A DNA stretch of 63,996 nucleotides, the filler included, from Gonapodya sp. JEL0774 (lineage: Eukaryota): NCBI GenBank assembly GCA_027604505.1. It is 12 parts of 12 records of this genome, joined end to end, with 100 filler letters (N's around TTAATTAATTAA, not from the genome) between each part and the next. Parts side by side here need not be neighbours in the genome. Positions count along the whole stretch, not along the records: positions 21,649 to 26,939 come from JADIIX010000744.1; positions 27,040 to 32,324 come from JADIIX010000745.1; positions 32,425 to 37,707 come from JADIIX010000746.1; positions 37,808 to 43,087 come from JADIIX010000747.1; 8 more parts are not named here. One strand, written 5' to 3'. Below, piece by piece: positions 24,788 to 38,893 of this stretch. Made by a program: the position numbers and the translations under genes. Position 1 is the stretch's first letter. Every line of letters begins with the position of its first letter. The notes beneath the pieces are model-generated. The model had not been told where the DNA came from. It saw nothing but the letters and a program-made list of their open reading frames with translations, and did no database searches.

Positions 24788-25786
24788 TGGTGCTGGTGTG
24801 GCAGCGAGAAGCAGAGAAGCAGATTAGTCTCAGCGGAGTATTTATGATATTGATACGCAAATTTGAACGCGTAGCGTTCCAGTGGGATGTGATGCGGACA
24901 GAAACAGCGGGTGCAAACCCCCCATGAACTCGTATAGCTCGTTGAGCCACGTCCATCAGGGAGTCTCTCACTTCGACTTTTGCTCACGAGGCGTATCAAA
25001 CGGCTCCGTCACGGGTCGAAGCTTCCAGCGTCCAGCAAAGATGTTGGAACAGTGAGTCTCCCCATCACGACTCCAGTCACTTGATCGACCACCAACGGTC
25101 TAGCAAGAAGCAAATCAAAATGAAAGGAGTGTAGAAGGTGCTTGATTGTCGGCATCAGAACCTCTGTATTCTCCAATCCCCCGTGCTTGCGATTGCGCGT
25201 GGCGCCTTGGGGAAACGTTCGAACTGCACCAGCTGCATCTGCGCATCTCGGGCCCCACAAGACTCACCTGATGCAATGACAAGACGACTAGTAATGATGA
25301 GTGATTGAATACAAGTGCGCCGCTGATGAAATGATGAGATGAGTTGGGTAGAAAGTGCGCCAACTCTGTATGCGGAGTAATGTCTCAGCAGGGTAACGAT
25401 CGATCGGACAATTTACAACAAGTGCTAAAAGAATGAATACCAAGTGATATTAATAGTTTACGACGTCGAGTATTGATGCGAATGGCGCCAATTCCGAGTG
25501 GGAACGAACAAACCAGAAAGCATAATCAACTAGTACTGGCCGCTCTTGCAAGGAACATATCACTATAGCGTCCATCGGAATATGATTCGTTTGCAAGGAA
25601 ATCCAACTTTTGGCCGTCGTAACTCGCCAGTGGCCCCAATGGCCGCAATGATTTCATCGCCACTTCCGTCTCAGCCGGGGGCTTCACCTTGCTAAGGGAC
25701 CAGGGATCCTTCTCGTAAAGTCTGTAAAAAGCGACGCCGATATGAAAATTTCTCGCCATCGAAAGCGAGAGAAAAAACTCTGTACG

Positions 25787-26939
25787 ATGATGCGATTAAC
25801 AACGGCATCTTTGGCGACCTTCATCGCTCTCCTCGCGGTCTCAGGGTTGGGTTCGGCGGCCCATGCTTCACGAATTGGACTCAACGTCACCGCTCTCACG
25901 AAAAGACAGGTTACTTGCCCCAGCGGTTCCTTTTAGTGAGTAAAAGAGCTGATTTCTCGTTAATGCTTTGACATCTCTGAGCTTCTCGACGCGAACAGCT
26001 GCCCAACGCCTCCAGCTGACGTGAACGGTTGCTTGCCGAACACGTACAAATGTGTACGTTGCACTCTGTAGAAGTAGGGAATGCAAAATCACCTGCATCA
26101 TAACACGGGAAATGTTTGGTCGCTTTCCAGTGTCCCCACCCTCTGACTCCAGGAGCTTTCTGGTCTTGTGCCGGAGCGGCTACTGCGAGTGAGTTCATCC
26201 AAGTCGAGTATCCCTGTTACCTACTGTCTGAATCTTGACAATGCGGATACACAGCATGCTGTGGTGTGGGAGGCTGTTGCCCAGCGGGCCAGTCATGCTT
26301 TGTCGCTGATCCTGCCCACGTCGACGAAGGAGTTTGTCGCGCAACGCCCCCTCCGCCACCACCCCCTCCTCCCCGTCCACCACCACCGCCACCTCCTCCG
26401 CCGCTACCACCACCACCTCCTCCCCCTCCTCCTCCCCCTCCCCCTCCGCCGGTCGTTCCAACTCCGCCACCGCCCCCGGTTATCACTCCACCTCCCCCTC
26501 CCCCGGTTGTTCCCACTCCACCACCGCCTCCACCCGTGATCGTTCCGCCACCTCCGTCTCGTGAGTTGTAGTGTAGAGTTATAGTTGCCGGCTGCAGTCC
26601 TATTGACGTGCCTGTTCGGCACCTTCATATTTTACTGTAAACAGCCGGTTCACTTCCTGCACCTCCTCCATCCGTTACGGATTCTCCGACACCGTCATCT
26701 TGTGAGTGATTTGCCTCTGCTGACCCTTATATATCCTCACACCATCCGGATATCGTCCCCTCGCATGCTACGTCACTAGCTGCTGTGCCTGCACCACCGT
26801 CCGTCCCGACGTCGGTCGATTCAGGAATCACCACTGCAGTCCCTCCACCGAGTAAGTTTTGAATCGCTTGTCAAAACCCCAGCAACCTCCCGTACGAGCT
26901 TTGGTTCGTCCTTGCTCTGCAGACACGCAGTCCACTGCC
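25787..26939 (+). CDS. Secreted Cys-rich, polyproline (extensin-like) protein, multi-exon, 3' truncated
   Basis: Signal peptide MMRLTTASLATFIALLAVSGLGSAAHA, KR site, 12 Cys across spliced exons, then a long Pro run with VVPTPPPPP repeats and P/S/T-rich exons. Confidence 0.8.
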
Positions 26940-27039
26940 NNNNNNNNNNNNNNNNNNNNNNNNNNNNNNNNNNNNNNNNNNNNTTAATTAATTAANNNNN
27001 NNNNNNNNNNNNNNNNNNNNNNNNNNNNNNNNNNNNNNN

Positions 27040-28410
<1,371 letters not shown>

Positions 28411-28546
28411 AGGTGCTACCACTTAATGTCTCTCTAGTGAAGTGTGAGGGCGAAAATGAGAAGCTGCGAGAAGCTACGAAGTCTCCGACCAGAGCATCTT
28501 TCGACATAAAAAACCTCTCCACTCACTCAACCATTTGACTGCAAAG

Positions 28547-31106
28547 ATGAACAAAGACCGTCGAAAACGGTAATACATTTGTCACTCGGAAGTCGCTCTC
28601 GATGAGTGAGGACTCACAGGTCTTCAGTTCTTTTCCTACCAAGCTCGCTGCTCGGTTTCTTCCGAAGGGGATCACCGATAGTCACGCCTCTTCGACAGAA
28701 AAAGAGTTTCTCGACACTGAAACGTCTTTCGAATCTCTTCGCCTTGGTCTCCGACGAAAGAAGCGGAAGATGGAACAGAAGACAGCAGCGAGCAGAACAT
28801 CAACGGACACCATTGTACAGCCCCACAGGCCGGACGATGCAATATCTGATAGTGAGGCTCACGAACAGGAACTTGATGGATACGATCAGGATGATAGCGC
28901 ACATGACAATGAATCGCTGGCATCGAACGAGTCCCAGGATGACGAAACCGTTACCAAAACAGGGAAACTGGGGGCCACTTCCGCAATAGACTTTCACCGA
29001 AACCAGTTCGCCGAGTTAGCAAACGCGACTTTGCAAGCTAAAATCGCAGCAGTCAGAAGCGGCACTTTGGACACATTTCAGGAGTCTCTTGATCTTTCCG
29101 AACACTCAAGTGATTTTGGGAAGATATCAGAACCACTGGTACAACTCATCCTGCGAGCACCAAAGGGTGATGTTGGCTCTACTCTGGACAACAGCTGTTT
29201 TGTGTCAACGCAGTTGAAGGCTCGAGTCCTTGATACCGTAAGGTCTAATATCCAGAAGAGCACTTTGAGCAACAATGACTCTATCATGAAGCATCCGCAC
29301 GATCACTGCTCTCAAGCAATTGCAGATACACAAATATTTACCACCCCTTTCTTGTGCAGAATTGCACAAAATGTTTTGGCTTACCGTGATGTTCTCATGG
29401 CACCTCGTGAGTTTGAAGCCTCTGACAAGGAAGATCAGCTGCAATCTCTGTTTGCACTACATGCAATCAATCATGTTCTTAAGTAAGTGTGACCACCTCT
29501 TGATGTGATTAAAGATGTCATCATTCATTTGCAAAAAGGACAAGAGCGAGAATACTAAAGAATAACCATAAGTTACGTACTGCCTCGGAGCAAGGTTTCG
29601 AAGGACTGTGAGTGAAGTATGACGCAATGTCCTCATTTTGGGTATTCATTGTTCTTTGTCCATTGTATTCACAATCAGTGAGCTCCGTGACCAAGGGTTC
29701 ACTCGTCCCACAGTTGTTATACTGGTACCATTTAAAGCAACTGCACTTTCACTTGTCAAAAAGATCATTGCATTTTCAGGAACCAGGCAGCAGGAAAATT
29801 GGAAAAGATTTCTCAAGGAATACTCTCCAGATGCTGATGAGCCAGAGATTGATGTTAACAAACCTGAAGACTTCAGACAAACTTTCAATGGCAATATAGA
29901 TGATTCCTTCAGATTTGGTATTCAACTATATGGCAAAACTCTGAAAATGTTTTCAGGGTTCTATAATTCTGATATTCTAATTGCCAGCCCCCTTGGGCTC
30001 AGAATGGCAATGGATGGTATGTGAGTATGTGCGTAGATACAAAGATGCCCTTTTTTGGCACGTAACTCAGAGTTCTTAGTCTGAAAGGCAACGCAGTTAT
30101 CCAAGCAGATTTTTTGTCATCTGTTGAAGTTCTCATTCTTGACCATGCTGATACTGTTCTGCAACAAAACTTTGAGCATGTGCAGACAATTTTTGAGCAC
30201 CTAAACCAAATACCCAAGGAAAATCATGGGTGTGACTTCTCCAGAGTGAGGAACTGGAACCTAGATGGACAAGCCAAGCACCTACGGCAGAATGTAATTC
30301 TTTCTAGCTTCCTCTTCCCTGAACTTTTGCAATTGTTCAACACAGAGTGCTCAAATGTCTCTGGGTCGCTTATTGTAAGGCCTTCATATGTTAAAGGCTG
30401 TCTTGCAGAAACAGTAAAGTGGGGAGTTCCACAGACTTTTTTGAATGTGGAAAAGTCAGGAGTATCAGGAGCTCTGCTGTCTCTTCACTCGGAATCTGAT
30501 CAGAGATTTAAATTCTTTGTCGATAAAATATTACCACAGCTTAAGAGCAAGTCTGGAGCTTTGCTGTTCATTTCACATTACTTTGATTTTATCAAAATTC
30601 GGAACTATTTGGAAGAGCAGCAGGTTCAATTTGGGGAACTCTCAGAGTATGTTTTTGTGTCACCTCTCCTTAAACTATCCTTCATTTCAACTCTGGTGTA
30701 ATTTGAAAGGTATACTCCAGGGCCAGACATTAATAGGTCCAGGACTCACTTCATGAATCGAAAGTTGAAGCTGCTTCTGATCACAGAGAGATTCCATTTT
30801 TTTCATCGATACAAAATCCGTGGAATTGAGAACCTGATTTTCTACACACTACCACAATTTCCACACTTTTATTCTGAGTTTGTGAGCTACCAGTCACTTC
30901 CTGCACCCAACATGTTAACTACAGGTAAATTAGATGGCTGAGCTCACCTGACCAATCAACTTACCTGTTCACCTTCAGGTAATCTCTCATGTGTTTCACT
31001 CTTCTCATCCTTTGACAAAATGAAACTACAGAGAATCCTGGGGGAGGGAAAAACACAAAGCATTCTTTCAAAGCTTAGTGAAAGAAGCTCATGGTTGTTT
31101 GCTTAG
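28547..31106 (+). CDS. UTP25: U3 snoRNA-associated protein 25 (Utp25/DEF)
   Basis: ALHAINHVLK, RDQGFTRPTVVILVPF, FNGNIDDSFRFGI, SDILIASPLGLR, DFLSSVEVLILD, HGCDFSRVRNW, TERFHFFHRYKIRGI. Confidence 0.95.
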
Positions 31107-32424
31107 AAGTTTACATTTGTATTAAGGTAGGGTACTAGCCCAGCTCAGTTTTGGGGAGGGTAGGAGGCTGGCACCTGCAACCAGCGTCATGTACTGAATG
31201 CACAGTAATCCATCGTGATTCTAAGGCATCTTCAATTGTAGATGGTCCATCATTACACAGAAGGTGCAAAATATGAGGATTCACAGACAGTTCTCCAATA
31301 AGGGAATGGTGATGGTTTGGTGAACATTTTAAACAGTCATTCCCATTCTCGATCCAATCAGGAAGCAAACAATATTTCACTGAAAACCAAGAGATAGCTT
31401 GTGTGCTTTGGCCTTGCTTGACAACATGTGGCCCTGGTCCCCAGTTATTGAGCAAATGGATCTTCCAGTCCCCTCTCTCATAATCAAGATTTTCCCCCCT
31501 GCAACTCCCTCAAGACAGAATGTCCCATAGTTTTGACTTGGAGATCACAAGAGAGCTCTATTAGTATGTAATTTGCTCTCAGATTTGAGATTACTCCTCT
31601 ACTTCTTGAAAAATGAATTGCCTCCAGAGGCTTACCTTCAAATTTTTAGATGATAACACTCCCAGTTGGACAGTTGTGCCCACAATCACCCAAAAACAAA
31701 CCTGATGGGAGAATGTGGAGTGTGGCTGATGTTTGACAACATAGGGTTCTAGTTCCCAGTCGTGGATCAAATAATATCTGGTTACCATGGTGCATTACGT
31801 ACAGTTCCTTCTGTGGCCCATCCAGAAAAATACTCAGCAATTCTTTGTTAATCAGAAGTGGCGAGGCTGGGAGGGCGAGCAGAGGTTCCTGACGTGTACA
31901 GCTTTCCTTTGGGGTCTAGTTCCTTATGTCAAACAAACAATACTTAGTTGTGCAAATGCCCTCAATGTTGTTTACCCACAGTGGCTTTAAAGCGGAAAAT
32001 TGACAGGGGTACAATGGAGGCTACATAATCTAGTGTGTATTGTTTATTGCTGTGCCATAATCTGGGGGGTGAACCTCAGTCTGGCCTTTCCTGATATGAA
32101 GTTGCAGAGAACGGCTGGTGTTCACCTGAACACAACCAAGTGTTTGGGAAACTCCTAAATTTGCTTTTGGTTTTGAAGTGGGCAGCAATCACGCAAGGTG
32201 CTTGACAGTTTGTAGTGCGTCTGACATTGGACAGGTGAACACAAATGTGTTGAGTGGTATGATTTACTTATTCGAACACGTTCACCCAAAAAGGCGTATC
32301 TACTACATCTGTGGCCACAGCACTNNNNNNNNNNNNNNNNNNNNNNNNNNNNNNNNNNNNNNNNNNNNTTAATTAATTAANNNNNNNNNNNNNNNNNNNN
32401 NNNNNNNNNNNNNNNNNNNNNNNN

Positions 32425-32751
32425 ACCCGCACATTGCGCCCACCAGTCCTGGCATTCCTGAGCGAAGACGCCGGCCAGAACCAGCAACACGGACAGAATA
32501 ACAAGCGGCAGAGGTGGTCGCATTTTTGGCCGCGCTCAACTTTTGCCGTAGCTCGTCGTCGTGGGCGGGTTGGTCACTCAAAGAACATTCCAAATATGGA
32601 CCATGATGTGACCGAAGCAAAACCGTATTTTTGGAACGAAGAGAGAGATTCCAAGGGGCCGGGAGATCGCAACTCATCACAACATATATTTCCAAACGCT
32701 TCTCTATCGCGACCATCACTCTCCCCCAGTCTCCCTCAGGAGCACCCGTAA
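32425..32751 (+). CDS. Possible C-terminal fragment of a hypothetical protein
   Basis: Frame open from the contig edge for about 109 codons, ending a few bases from the convergent dienoyl-CoA reductase stop; no recognisable motif. Confidence 0.25.
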   Translation, partial: TRTLRPPVLAFLSEDAGQNQQHGQNNKRQRWSHFWPRSTFAVARRRGRVGHSKNIPNMDHDVTEAKPYFWNEERDSKGPGDRNSSQHIFPNASLSRPSLSPSLPQEHP

Positions 32752-32756
32752 GTACT

Positions 32757-34041
32757 CTATATTTTAGCGGTTTTCCGCGCATCGGGCAAATCCCCTGCTG
32801 TTATTTTCCCTCGGTCATATCCGCCACCGGACGTGAACCAAGCTCCACCTTCAGTAAAGGCAATGGTAAGACAAAGTATCGCGAAACATTGCGAGAGACA
32901 GTTACCGTCAACAACTAGGGTAGCTCCAGTCACATATCTCGCTGCATCCGTTGCCAAGTAAACGCATGCGTGTGCAATATCAACGACCTCACCCCACGAC
33001 CGAAGAGGAATTCGCGCAATAGACGCCTCTTTCATTGCAGGAATCGAGAGCCGCTCCATGCCTTCGGTACCAGCAATAGGGCCAGGAGACACAATGTTAG
33101 CGCGAATATTGTATGGGCCCCATTCGTTCGCGAGAGTCTTGAACATGGCGTCAATACCGGCTTTGGCAGCAACAGGGTGGATCTTAGAGGAATTTTGTAT
33201 CGCCATCACTGATGAAGACCCTGCAAGTACCTTAGTGGAAGAGTTCACTCACTTGAAGAGCCGTTCCGTTGTAATGAAGAGTGGCAGAGATTCCAATAAT
33301 TGAAGCAGACCCGGAGCGCTTGAGATATGGGAAACAAGCCTGGCACAGTGATTCAAGTAATCCGTCTTGCTTTTAACACTTTACGGCAGTTCCGTTTCCT
33401 CGAATAATAACCAACCTTGATTGTGTTGAAGGCCCCAATCAGATCAATTTCAATAACGGTCCTGAAGGCCCGGTATGATAATGACTCTGCAGGCGCGAGG
33501 AAGTTTCCTGCAGCACCACAAATCTTTCCATTCAAATTGACAGAACGAGTGATGAGATTTCCTGCATTTTAGTGGAAACGAAATCAGCTCTTTTTGCAAT
33601 TCACCAAAATATCTATCCTTCCGAACTTGTCGGCCGTGGCTTTGGCAGCAGCCTCCAATTGCTGTGGCTCCCGCACGTCCGCCGCGACTGCCAGTACATC
33701 AGCACCGGGAATACTCTGCCGCATCTCTGCGGCGGCGGCCTCCAGGCGGTCTTTTCTGCAAACCGGAATGTTGAAACGGCGTGTGGAAGTTCGGCGACAT
33801 GCTCAAACACCACTCACGAGCGAGAGACAATCGTGACTTTAGCTCCATGCCTAAGATAGGCTTCCGCGATTCCTTTGCAGATTCCGGACCCGCCACCTGG
33901 AAGACGCAAACAGTGACCAATGAAATGATCGGCAGCGCACCATCCGAAATTCGATCTCCTACCCGTGACAAATGCAACCTTGCCCTTGAGAGCGTCATCC
34001 CGAAAGATTGAAGTTGTCGGAATCGGTGGTGAGATGGTCAT
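32757..34041 (-). CDS. SPS19: Peroxisomal 2,4-dienoyl-CoA reductase (SPS19/DECR2-like SDR)
   Basis: [68 protein letters not shown]-terminal PTS1-like AKI. Confidence 0.93.
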
Positions 34042-34464
34042 TTTGCTTGACGATGGTGTTGCGGGAATGTGCGATGGTTCCGTGAGGGGTCAAATTTCGC
34101 GGATGAATAATAATAGAAGACAAACCCTATTTCCTTCCGATTGCTCTCATTTAGTTCATTTTACTCATTCTTTGTTGCATGCGACAGAGGAGTAACTTAG
34201 AGAGAAGAAATGAAGGCCCTCAAATTACCAGAATACAACAACTATTTGTACAGCTGTTTGTGTCAGCAGAGAATCATTCATGATGCAACTTATTGAGTGT
34301 CCATGCTTACAGCTTACATGATACGTGACTGAATGTGAGTTAGTGCATGACAAGAGCCCGTCGTTATCGGTCAAAACTGTGACGTGGTCCTCGCAAGCAC
34401 AGTTCCCCAATTAAAAGTGGAACCTTCAGATAGTTCCACTTGTCTCTAGAGGAATATATTTAGT

Positions 34465-36010
34465 ATGGCGGCTCGTGCTCGGATCAACTCTCTTCCAGCT
34501 TCGAAATTCCTTCTCTTCTCACTTGCCAGGGGATCCCAACCGAATAGGCAGTTCTCCGTCTCGGCAGTAGCGCAGCAAAGTTGGACGGACTCACCGAGGT
34601 CCAACTCACGAGGTCAAATCGGAGGATGGACGAACTCGAATGGGGGTCCCGCGGGTTTTGGAACGCGACGAAGACCACTCCCCGTGAACACAGTGCGTTG
34701 AACCTGAATTCTTTTCCACGTTGGATTCTAATCTACTAGGTGTAAACTTGAACCCTGCTTAATGTGTCTCACAGGTGATCAAATTCGTGCCCCAACAAGA
34801 AGCATGGATCGTGGAAAGAATGGGACGTTTCAGTCGAATTCTCGAACCTGGCTTAGCTATTTTGGTCCCTTTTCTGGACAGTGTGAAGTACGTCAAGAGT
34901 TTGAAGGAGGTGGCGATAGAGATTCCCAGTCAAAGCGCAATCACGCAAGGTGAAGACTAACATGAACGACGGTTGGATCCGAAACCTGAAATCCTCATCT
35001 GGTTTCAATCCAGATAACGTCACATTGGAGTTGGACGGTGTCTTGTACTATCGAGTAATCGACCCGTACAAGGCTTCATACGGAGTTGAAGGTGAGCTCA
35101 ATTTCATTCCGCTCGACCATAATTCTCATAATCGAACGGTGTTTGATAAGTTCTGTTTGGTAGACCACGAGTTTGCCATCTCCCAACTCGCTCAGACCAC
35201 TATGCGTGCTGAGATCGGTCAGATGACGTTAGATCGCACGTTGGCAGAAAGGACACAGCTCAACGAGAATATTGTACGTGCAATAAACCTAGCTGCCTTG
35301 GATTGGGGGATTAGGTGTTTGAGATATGAGATTCGGGATGTGCATCCCCGTGAGTGGTCAACTATTTGGACAACTGAGAGTTTGCAAACAATGCCACTCA
35401 GGGGGATCTCCCGAGCACGAATTTTAATTTTTTGCACTATTTTTGCAGCGGAGAACGTTGTCGCGTCCATGCACCAACAAGTATCGGCCGAACGCCGGAA
35501 GCGTGCTGAGATTCTCGAATCCGAAGGTGCTCGGCAGGCAGCCATAAATGTTGCTGAAGGACGTAGACAAGCTGTCATACTTGAGTCCGAGGCTGTCAAA
35601 ATGCAGCAGATAAACCAGGCTACAGGTGACTATCGAGCAAAGGGAACCTTGACGCAGCGAAGTGTGTGCACAACAGGAACGAACCTCCATCCACAGGTGA
35701 AGCCGAAGCCATCCTCCTCCGCGCCACCGCCTCCTCTCGTTCTATCCAGCTCATCAGCTCCGCTATTTCGGAAAATCCTCATGGTAGGGATGCAGTGTCA
35801 CTGTCTGTGGCAGAGAAGTATGTGGAGCAATTTGGCAAAATTGCAAAGGAGAGCACCACTGTAGTTCTGCCGAGAGATGCGGGCGATGTAGCCAAGGTGG
35901 TTGGGGAGGCTATGGCAGTTTTTGGTGCTTTGAGTAAACAGGCTGGGTGGTCAGGAGCAGAGATAGGGAACCAGATGGTTTCGAGAGAAAATGGCCGAGA
36001 TGGGAAATAA
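34465..36010 (+). CDS. STOML2: Stomatin-like protein 2 (SPFH/band 7), mitochondrial
   Basis: Arg/Ser-rich presequence; FVPQQEAWIVERMGRF, IPSQSAITQDNVTLELDGVLY, SQLAQTTMRAEIG, QVSAERRKRAEILESEG, VAEKYVEQFGKIAKES. Confidence 0.95.
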
Positions 36011-36251
36011 TAGTGGGTGTCGTGAGAAATCAATTTTTTCGAACAAATACAAAATTTTGTGGGGGCGAAAACCTGTATAGGGTTTTGCCCAATGTGCCGC
36101 TGCGGTCCGGGGCCCTGCACGCATCACCCACAGCCCGGCCCCCCCGCCCCCCGCCCCCCCCTTGATGACTGAGGTATGTGCGCCGCGAGTGTGGTGACGC
36201 GAGCACACAATCCAGTCGACGCCGATAATGTCTGTCAATCACCGACTGACA

Positions 36252-37004
36252 GGATTTTCATACCCCGATGTCCTCCTTTACCTGCTCTACATTCTGTAAG
36301 AATGCATGCCTGGTCGCGTTGACTTCCTGTCTTCAATTCAATCAGAAGGGCTCCCGCCCTTTCGTCTCAAATTTCCTTTCTCTTCACCCAGTCGTATCCT
36401 TAGTGTAACATCACTATTGTTTATCACAGTCTCACTTATCTTAGTGGACGTGTTATTATTCAGCAAAGTGGCTTCGGTGCGTCAGTTCAATCACCGCAAC
36501 TCATCAACACTCTGGCGGTAGAGAACCAAATCTAAGCCAAATCTCTTCCAACAGACCATTGCCGTCTTCCAGTTTATCAGCCGCATCATTTTCTCCGCCT
36601 GTTCATTTGTGCTTCTCCTGGCTGATCTCGAATTAGAGTATTTTGTGGAATGGTTCCGCCGTGTTCTTCCGGTGTTGGACGAGGACCATTCATGGACGTA
36701 TAACGGACTTGGCATGGTCTGGGTCGGTTGCTTTGCGCTGGGAGATGAGATGGCTGTCAGCAATTCAGCATTTCCGCCTCCTATATCCGTAATCATTGCT
36801 GTTCCTGCCTGGGTATCCATACTTGTCGGCTGTTCGTATTGGGGACTCGGTATATCGCGAGGTGCCGCACTGAAAAGAGAAAGAAAATGGGGATGGGCTG
36901 GTCAGCGGGACAGCAACCTGACTGCAAACGAACACAGCACAGGAGCACGGAAGGATGTACTGTCAAGTGCGGCAGCAAATGAAACGTCAGGAACTATTGT
37001 CTGA
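36252..37004 (+). CDS. Multi-pass membrane protein fragment; 5' end unresolved
   Basis: Exons FSYPDVLLYLLYIL and RILSVTSLLFITVSLILVDVLL, then further hydrophobic segments to 37004. The in-frame TAG at 36519 is either intronic (36518-36580) or a lesion. Confidence 0.45.
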
Positions 37005-37608
37005 GTCGAAGCTCTTGCTGTACTTGAAAGCGAGCGGCTAGTAACAATGCAAAATCGAAGCCCTTCCCCTCCCCAACTGGGGATGTCTCAATGCCCCAAC
37101 GCGGCCTGAGATTGTGCTCATGTGAATTGAGGCGTCATATACACTTACATAACGCGGAGCTATGAAATCAATTCTTCCCTGTGAAAACCTCTGAGCAACG
37201 GCACGTCCAAGTCCTGCGCTTACAAGTGGTACCAGAAACAAACGATTCTTCTTAGAACCTTGAGTATTATCATGGACACACTATGCATGTCCGTGGTTCC
37301 ATGTGCAAAGCCGGCCAAGTAACATTGGCGGCAGGGCTGTTGTTCCCCGTCCTTGGAGCGTCAAACGTTTCCAATTCTAGAGAGCTGGAGTGCTGTTTCC
37401 CAGCCCGACCATCCATTGATATCCTTCAATTATTTACTCGCAGTACATGTTTGGGGAGCTGGTTTCTCATTGTAACAAATATATATTGTACGCAGTTCAG
37501 GTACTGTTGGGGGGCTCAAGGGACCAGCTGGCCTGAATCCGATTCCAAAACGAGCATCACATTATGGGAGGCCTGACGCAGAAGACCAGAACCCAAAGCA
37601 ACCGGGAA

Positions 37609-37707
37609 ATGTGGTCTTTTCTATTGGCCGTCATTCTGTACATGCTGCTAGCTCCAGCCGGCGTCTTCGCTCAGGAATGCCAGGACTGGTGGGCGCAATG
37701 TGCGGGC
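37609..37707 (+). CDS. Secreted protein beginning with a CBM1-like module, truncated by contig end
   Basis: Signal peptide MWSFLLAVILYMLLAPAGVFA then QECQDWWAQCAG, resembling the CBM1 start C-x3-W-x-Q-C-x-G. Confidence 0.65.
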
Positions 37708-37807
37708 NNNNNNNNNNNNNNNNNNNNNNNNNNNNNNNNNNNNNNNNNNNNTTAATTAATTAANNNNNNNNNNNNNNNNNNNNNNNNNNNNNNNNNNNNN
37801 NNNNNNN

Positions 37808-38475
37808 ATCCAAATCGTCCAAACGCTCATCAAACACGGCGCCAAAGTCACCGACGAGATGGTTGACGTGGCTCAGAGGATCGCCGACGGGCGGGACGGG
37901 TTTGGGAACAAGATCGCCAAGAACCCAGAGTTCGTCACCCTGTTGCGGGCCACGGTGCACGCCACCATCGCCGCGGTTCTTCCACCCCCACCAGATGCGA
38001 CACTCCCCTCTACCTCTACCACGCCTCCCACCGACACCCACCGCTCCCGCCTTCCCCTCCCCGTATCCACCTTCGCCCCGGCCTCTGCAGCGCAGCACGA
38101 CCCGACCAAGAACCCTGTGGACGAAATAGCGGACTTGCGGCGGTTGAACGAGGAGCAAAGAAAGACGATAGAGAGGATGCAAGGGGAGTACGATCTGTTG
38201 AGGGCGAAGTACGAGTCGGCGAAGAGGAAGTTGGCCGAGGCCAGGGTTGATGCGGCGAACGGGGTGAGTTGTGCAGCGGTACATACTCGAAGTCGCGATT
38301 AGATTGCTCAAAAAGGACACCTCATCTCCACCGTCCCTATCGCATCACATCTCACACCGTACCGAATATCTCACCATCCAACCCCTCATCCTTCCCATCA
38401 TTTCTCCAGATTTCCAACATGGTCGCGGTGCCGGCAATTCCGGCACGAGGAGACTCGTTCGGGGCGAAAGAGTAG
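37808..38475 (+). CDS. C-terminal fragment of an ankyrin-repeat and coiled-coil protein
   Basis: IVQTLIKHGAKV (end of an ankyrin repeat), P/T linker, heptad-like EIADLRRLNEEQRKTIERMQGEYDLLRAKYESAKRKL; one intron. Confidence 0.6.
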
Positions 38476-38893
38476 CCCGGGGTGCTGAGGGTTGGACTGG
38501 CGAATGTTTATGGTATTGTGAGCCCGTACTACAATGTAAAGCGGGACGAGGTGTTGTGGATCAGGATTGGACAAGGAATGTAGACTCGTTGTAAAGTAGA
38601 AAAGAAAAGTGCATTGAGTGCACGACCGTCATCTCTCGAAGTGGATGCTTCGAAATTTACGTCATGAAGTGCACTTGTAGCCGGTCGAGATCAACGAAGC
38701 AAAGTATAAAGGTCAAGAGCTCCTAAAGTCATACTTACGATACGAACACTTATCTGGAAATGCGGCCGACTCTTGGAACGATTTTTCTCCTTTGTTCGGA
38801 GCACTCTACATATTGATCTCTGTTTGCGTGCTGGTGGTCACAGCAGCCAGCTCCCCACAGTCATAACAAGAACTTTCGTTTCATTCATCCCGA

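Noticed and set aside
31130..32324. Named transposon call for the decayed region
   Set aside because: No transposase, RT or integrase motif, or terminal repeat, could be read; reported only as CpG-depleted sequence.
36160..36175. In-frame TGA as selenocysteine (some early-diverging fungi use Sec)
   Set aside because: No selenoprotein-family similarity and no SECIS recognised; none was found elsewhere in the window either.
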